From: Christensenellaceae bacterium
GTDB lineage: Bacteria > Bacillota > Clostridia > Christensenellales > SZUA-584
Assembly (NCBI GenBank): GCA_963666505.2
Contig: CAXXXL010000005.1
Coordinates: 15,566 to 79,565, forward strand
Length of the DNA: 64,000 nt
Direction: 5' to 3'
Shown piece by piece: positions 59,170 to 64,000 of this stretch. The notes below the pieces were generated by a model, which was not told the origin of the DNA, ran no database searches, and was given only the letters and a program-made list of their open reading frames with translations. The translations under genes and the position numbers were made by a program. Each line of letters starts with the position of its first letter. Position 1 is the first letter of the stretch.

Positions 59170-59978
59170 GAAGAAAAAGAATAATGATGGTTATGATATT
59201 TACGTTAATTGTACTATGTATTGCACCGTCAGCAGCATTAGCGGCAGATACACCTGCTGTTATAGTAGATACACTTATGGCTCCGGGAGGGTCTGGGATG
59301 ATAAGGATAGCACTTAACAACAGCGATGCGATTGACCATAGCTACAAGCTCGAAGTAAAAGGGCTTGATGATGGATTCAGTGTTTACTTTTCTGCCAACG
59401 GATCAGCTGCAGACACTATATTGATACCGTCGTCTAGCAGTGTGGTTGCTGAGCTGAACATAGAAGCGCCAGCGGAGCTTGTGCAGGACAGTTATATCTT
59501 TACGATTGATTGTGTCAGGGATGACGGAGAAACTGTTTCATTGCCATCGCAAATAACAATAAACAGCGACTATACGATCAATATAACATCTGATACCAAT
59601 CAGATTGAAACGCTTAACGGCAAAAGTATTTCCGTGGACATCGCAGTTACTAATACAGGGAATAAACAGCTTAGCGATATAAGTATTACACCAAATCTCC
59701 CGTATAAATGGGTTGCTGAAAGCGTTATGCCGGATAAGATATCACTTATGCCCGGCGAGAGCGGTGTTTTCAAGGTGAGCGTTATGATACCGACAACACA
59801 AGGAGCAGGCAGCTCGGAGATTAGCTTCAGTGCCGGTAATACTGAAGTCCAAAGCAAAACACTGACGATACCTGTAAAAGTATCTGCAAATGCGAACTTT
59901 GCATTTATCATAATAGGATGCGTTGCGGTTGCGGGGCTGGTAACAGTAATATATTTCCGCAGACACGGAAGGAGGTAA
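59166..59978 (+). CDS. secreted, C-terminally anchored protein with NEW3/CARDB-like Ig-fold repeats
   Basis: Signal peptide ...APSAALA, two beta-rich modules (…SISVDIAVTNTGNKQLSDISI…) and a C-terminal TM segment plus RRHGRR. Domain assignment is from sequence pattern only. Confidence 0.6.
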   Translation: MRRKRIMMVMIFTLIVLCIAPSAALAADTPAVIVDTLMAPGGSGMIRIALNNSDAIDHSYKLEVKGLDDGFSVYFSANGSAADTILIPSSSSVVAELNIEAPAELVQDSYIFTIDCVRDDGETVSLPSQITINSDYTINITSDTNQIETLNGKSISVDIAVTNTGNKQLSDISITPNLPYKWVAESVMPDKISLMPGESGVFKVSVMIPTTQGAGSSEISFSAGNTEVQSKTLTIPVKVSANANFAFIIIGCVAVAGLVTVIYFRRHGRR

Positions 59979-59983
59979 TGCAT

Positions 59984-60952
59984 ATGAATGCTGCATTTAT
60001 AATTGCAAAAAAAGAGATTACTGACGCATTTAAAAACAAGCTTTTTATCATCATACTTGTTATGCTGGTGGTTTTGACAATAACGTCAGTGGTTCTAGGA
60101 GCATATCAGGTAAGGACATCAATTGACGAATACAATAAATCGGTAGAGTTTTTAAAATCGATAGGGAAAACTGATTTGCCAGGCATGCCGAACTTAAACC
60201 CGATTGCGGCATCAAAAAGCTTTGTTAATTATATAGGAATGCTTGGCGCACTGATGGCCATGGTTCTTGGAAATCATGCGATAGCATCAGAGAGAAAGAA
60301 CGGGACTTTAAGACTGATACTTTCAAAAAAAGTCTTTCGTGACGGGTTTTTAAGCGGCAAGCTCTTGGGTAACCTTGCAATACTGTTTGCAATAACATTT
60401 GTGTGCGCTGTGATAACGTTTGCTGCGATAATGATTATAGGAAGTGTAGCGCTGTCAGGAGCTGAAATCGTCCGGATGCTGCTGTTTTTCCTAATGTCAT
60501 TCTTGTTTATGGTGTTCTTCCTGGTGCTCGGACTTGCTTTTGCGGTGTTTATAGGAAGCGGGAAAAAGGCATTGTTATTAACGATAGTTGTTTGGCTGAT
60601 ACTTGCTTTCGTATTACCACAGATAGGTGACACTATGGATATGGATAATCAGCTGCCCGGAGGGTTCTTTGCGCAAATGGGGATGACAAAGCAGCAGGAG
60701 GAGCAGGTTTTATCAAAGTTCCAGTTTTATGAAACGTTGCGGGACAGCATAGAGGAAATGTCTCCGACAAAGCACTATGAAAGAGTAAGCTTTGCATTGC
60801 TTAATGTAAAACCCGGCTTCGAGAGCAATACACCTGCGCAGGTATTAGGTCTTAAATGGGTAAATCTGGTCGGGCTTACTGCGCCGAGTATTATATTATG
60901 GTTGATCGCCTATATGGTTTTCCTGCGGCGTGATAATATATATCAAAATTAG
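59984..60952 (+). CDS. ABC-2 family permease (second membrane component)
   Basis: GGAGG lies 8 nt before the ATG at 59984 (MNAAFIIAKKEITDAFKNK). Polytopic. Confidence 0.75.
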   Translation: MNAAFIIAKKEITDAFKNKLFIIILVMLVVLTITSVVLGAYQVRTSIDEYNKSVEFLKSIGKTDLPGMPNLNPIAASKSFVNYIGMLGALMAMVLGNHAIASERKNGTLRLILSKKVFRDGFLSGKLLGNLAILFAITFVCAVITFAAIMIIGSVALSGAEIVRMLLFFLMSFLFMVFFLVLGLAFAVFIGSGKKALLLTIVVWLILAFVLPQIGDTMDMDNQLPGGFFAQMGMTKQQEEQVLSKFQFYETLRDSIEEMSPTKHYERVSFALLNVKPGFESNTPAQVLGLKWVNLVGLTAPSIILWLIAYMVFLRRDNIYQN

Positions 60953-60968
60953 AAATGGAGTGATAATA

Positions 60969-61724
60969 ATGAATAAAAGAAAAATAATATCAATGGCATT
61001 AGGGATAATAATTGTACTTAGTTTGGGTTTGACGGCAGGATGCACACAGCAAACTCCGACTACTGCCGCAAATGATACGGGGAGTTCTCAGGCAAACGAT
61101 ACTGCTGCATCTGCAGTGGCTGACACAGGCAGCGTACAGGCAGACGGGACGGACACACCTGCTGAGACCGATACGAGCAGTGCACAGGTAGCAGGTACGG
61201 ACACAGATGGCGATGGTATCCCCGATGATATTGAAAAAACGTACGGGACCAACCCCTACACAGCCGATACCGATGGCGACGGACAAAATGATAAGGAAGA
61301 TCAGCAGCCGACCACTGCTACGGATATGATTAGTGAAACGAGCACGACAGAGCTGCCTGTAAGTGTTGAGGATATACGTGTTGAGGATAATGCGACTGAC
61401 GATCATTTGGAAATGACTATAAAGAATACCGGCAGCACAGTATTAGAAAATTTCGATATTTTCTATACGATAACCGACAAACTGGATAACACAACTGAGT
61501 CTTACTATTTCAAACTGGACGGGTTAAGTCTTGCGGCTGGTGAAACAAAAACTATACATTTTGACAATCTGATAGACCAGTCAGGACATTATTACGGCAA
61601 CCCTTACGGACTCTACGGGACTTCGGCAAACGGATTGATTTTTAATATTGAACTGCATAGCAAAGGCTATAAGGTTATGACAATGTCTATTGAGAAAGAT
61701 CAGGGTGTGGAAGTTCCAGACTGA
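60969..61724 (+). CDS. lipoprotein with thrombospondin-type-3-like calcium-binding repeats
   Basis: Lipobox LGLTAGC, DTDGDGIPDD and DTDGDGQNDKED motifs, and a beta-rich C-terminal module. Confidence 0.7.
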   Translation: MNKRKIISMALGIIIVLSLGLTAGCTQQTPTTAANDTGSSQANDTAASAVADTGSVQADGTDTPAETDTSSAQVAGTDTDGDGIPDDIEKTYGTNPYTADTDGDGQNDKEDQQPTTATDMISETSTTELPVSVEDIRVEDNATDDHLEMTIKNTGSTVLENFDIFYTITDKLDNTTESYYFKLDGLSLAAGETKTIHFDNLIDQSGHYYGNPYGLYGTSANGLIFNIELHSKGYKVMTMSIEKDQGVEVPD

Positions 61725-61830
61725 TAAAAGCTTGTTTCGGGATATCGGTGAACACGGATGCGGTGTCTGCATAATGATTTACAGGCATCGCATTTCGTGG
61801 TAATATATAAACAGTGCGGAGGAAAACGTA

Positions 61831-62991
61831 TTGAATCTAACGAAAAAAGCTATCCGACTCGTCTTGCTGCTGGTGGTTGCTGTGTTATTATTAGCATCAT
61901 GCGGCGAATCTTCAGGGCAGACTAGACAAGTAGAAGAAACAGATAAAGCAAACTCGGGTCTTCAAGTGGTATTCTTGAACGTTGGGAAAGGGGATGCTGC
62001 GTTTATCGAGATACCCGGGGGATACTACGTAATGATAGACACCGGCCCTGAAGAAGGATTTCCAGAGGTCGGAAGAAGGCTTATCCAATATGGCGTTACA
62101 AACTTGTCAGCTGTTTTTATAACACATGGGCATAATGATCATATTGGGAGCCTGAATGAAGTCTTATCTTTAGTTGAATGCAAAAAAATCTATACGTCAA
62201 GGGAGACTTTAGAGGAAAAAGAAATTTCAAACGCAATGGATGAAAATATTGATGTCGAGGTTATATCAAGTAACCAAACTATAAATATTGGTGAAGCGGC
62301 ATTTACGGTAATAGGACCAGTTGAAGATTATAAAGACAAAAATAATAATAGCATTGTTATAATGTTTGAATATAAGGGCACAAAAATATTGTTTGCAGCA
62401 GATCAGCTTTCTGAGGCGGAAAATGGTCTGTTAAACTCTGGCGTTGATTTGAGAGCCGATGTATTGAAAGTAGCACACCATGGCAGTAATGACTCATCAT
62501 CTGCAGAGTTTGTAAATTCCGTAAACCCGAAATATGCTGTTATAAGCACTGATAAGTCAACTCAGCCTTCACAGCAGGTTCTGGATAATATATCAAAATC
62601 CCGTGCAGAGGTATTCGTGCTCGGAAACACAGGTACTATTATTTATAATGGATATGAGATGCTGCCAGCACAGTATGTGGATTGTACTGCAGCGAAAGTA
62701 CTTATCAGCGAAAAAGATACAACATATGAGTATGTAATTATTAAAAATCTATCTAACTATACTGTAGATTTGACCGGCTGGTGTCTATTTTCAAAAAGAG
62801 GTGCTGAAACTTATTTTTTCCAAAAAGGAACAGCGATACAATCAAATGAAGAAATTATTATTTATAGCGGGGAAGCAGCGCAAAACAATGAGGGCTTTGT
62901 TTGGTCAGTAAAAAATATCTGGAGCAACAAGAAAGAAGACGAATGTGTATTGTACGACAATTGCGGAAGACAGATCAGCGCATTGAAATGA
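61831..62991 (+). CDS. secreted metallo-beta-lactamase-fold (ComEC/Rec2 C-terminal-like) hydrolase with lamin-tail domain
   Basis: Lipobox LLLASCG, HGHNDH metal motif, AHHGS, and a C-terminal LTD-like segment (YVIIKNLSNYTVDLTGWCLFS...). TTG start after GGAGGA. Confidence 0.75.
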   Translation: MNLTKKAIRLVLLLVVAVLLLASCGESSGQTRQVEETDKANSGLQVVFLNVGKGDAAFIEIPGGYYVMIDTGPEEGFPEVGRRLIQYGVTNLSAVFITHGHNDHIGSLNEVLSLVECKKIYTSRETLEEKEISNAMDENIDVEVISSNQTINIGEAAFTVIGPVEDYKDKNNNSIVIMFEYKGTKILFAADQLSEAENGLLNSGVDLRADVLKVAHHGSNDSSSAEFVNSVNPKYAVISTDKSTQPSQQVLDNISKSRAEVFVLGNTGTIIYNGYEMLPAQYVDCTAAKVLISEKDTTYEYVIIKNLSNYTVDLTGWCLFSKRGAETYFFQKGTAIQSNEEIIIYSGEAAQNNEGFVWSVKNIWSNKKEDECVLYDNCGRQISALK

Positions 62992-63016
62992 AAGCCTGTA
63001 CATAACGAGGTGTGTA

Positions 63017-63190
63017 ATGGATGATAAGAAGAGTATACTTGTAATAGAAGATGAAATCAAAATAGCAAGATTCTTAGAGCTTGAACTAAAGCACGAAGGA
63101 TATAGTGTTCACTGTGAACATAACGGCAGAGACGGGTTGGAGGAAGCGCTGAATTCCGCTTATGACAATCTTTTAAAAATATTGAATTAA
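63017..63190 (+). pseudogene. OmpR-type response regulator, only the first ~50 receiver codons
   Basis: MDDKKSILVIEDEIKIARFLELELKHEGYSVHCEHNGRDGLEEALNSAYD, then unrelated NLLKILN* in place of the expected D-containing LILLD segment. Breakpoint near 63166. Confidence 0.7.
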
Positions 63191-63339
63191 TAACATATGA
63201 TGAGATATATAATGGCTTAATTGAGTTGAATAATGAGCTAAATAAAAGAGCCTTATAGAAGGTTAAATACATATAACTAATAAAGAGCGTCAGTGATGGC
63301 GCTCTTTATATATACAAATAAAAAGAACGAGGTGCAAAA

Positions 63340-64000
63340 ATGATAATTGGAATCGATCATGGTTACGGCATGATGAAAACAGCCAACACCATGTTTACAA
63401 CTGGATTGACAGAGTACGAGAAAGAACCATACACCATGCAGAATGTGGTGAAGTTCAATGGCAAGTACTATGTTTGCGGAAGCGGAAGACAAACGCTGAT
63501 TCGAGATAAAACTTCGGACGACTGCTATTATATTCTGACACTGGCGGCAATCTCAAAAGAGATGCTTCACAGAAATGCCGGAACAAAAGCAAACGTAATT
63601 CTAGCAGCAGGTCTTCCTTTAACCAGTTTTGGCAGGGATAAAGATAAGTTTATCAAATACTTAAAACGGACTACTTTTCAACCGATCAGATTTGAGTTTG
63701 AATGTCAGGAATATAAAATCACGATTGATGACGTAAGAGTGTATCCGCAAGGATATTCAGCTATTGCGGATTATATAGACAGGCTGAAAAAAGAACCATC
63801 TGTTATTATCTGCGATATCGGAAGTTGGACAGTTGATGTGATGCGAATAGACAACGGTGTTCCAAACGCAGATACTTGCAGAAGCCTTGAGCTTGGAATA
63901 ATTCGATTGATTGATAAAACTCTTGAAGAGGTGCGCCGGAGCACGGGCCTTTCCATTACCGCTGCACAAATAGAACAAATACTAAGGAATCAATCATGCA
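63340..64000 (+). CDS. ParM/StbA-family actin-like segregation ATPase (3' end beyond the window)
   Basis: My own translation finds no stop in 220 codons. Phosphate-1 motif IGIDHGYGMMKT and phosphate-2 motif ICDIGSWTVDV. RBS GAGGTG. Absent from the supplied ORF track, presumably because it has no stop. Confidence 0.75.
   Translation, partial: MIIGIDHGYGMMKTANTMFTTGLTEYEKEPYTMQNVVKFNGKYYVCGSGRQTLIRDKTSDDCYYILTLAAISKEMLHRNAGTKANVILAAGLPLTSFGRDKDKFIKYLKRTTFQPIRFEFECQEYKITIDDVRVYPQGYSAIADYIDRLKKEPSVIICDIGSWTVDVMRIDNGVPNADTCRSLELGIIRLIDKTLEEVRRSTGLSITAAQIEQILRNQSC

Overview
This 64-kb window looks like a chromosomal segment from a low-GC Gram-positive, Clostridia-like organism. That placement is inference from GGAGG ribosome-binding sites, frequent TTG/GTG starts, YesM/YesN-type sensors, a DUF4367 anti-sigma factor and IS1182-type elements.

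Layout:
- 1-8.6 kb: signalling genes. Two tandem histidine kinases, a two-component system whose regulator is frameshifted, and an ECF-type sigma/anti-sigma pair.
- 9-27 kb: two adjacent sugar ABC uptake loci. The first is preceded by a binding-protein/kinase/AraC-regulator sensor with two lesions. The second is followed by SDR, lactonase and Zn-dehydrogenase genes.
- 27.05-30.28 kb: an IS1182-like element with a second IS1182-like element nested inside its transposase gene.
- 30.3-42.3 kb: a visibly more AT-rich (by eye, not computed), partly decayed island. It holds tRNA-like debris, an orphan prepilin-fusion gene, an IS1595 remnant, a LacI/DegT-aminotransferase/ABC/IolG-like/lyxose-isomerase sugar locus and further gene fragments.
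- 42.8-44.1 kb: glutamate dehydrogenase.
- 44.4-45.7 kb: a decayed mobilisation module.
- 47.2-52.9 kb: a translationally coupled operon encoding an FHA-FHA-ABC exporter, a PP2C phosphatase and a Ser/Thr kinase. The kinase carries an unrecognised triple-repeat ectodomain.
- 53.2-57.3 kb: a serine-recombinase and ParB-like module.
- 57.5-63.0 kb: an ABC-2 operon and a secreted MBL/lamin-tail protein.
- 63.0-64.0 kb: a truncated response regulator followed by a ParM-like gene that runs off the window and is missing from the ORF track.

The best candidate for an undescribed system is the FHA-ABC/PP2C/kinase operon and its novel extracellular sensor repeats. At least twelve genes in the window are truncated, frameshifted or interrupted. 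No rRNA gene, intact tRNA gene or CRISPR array was seen.
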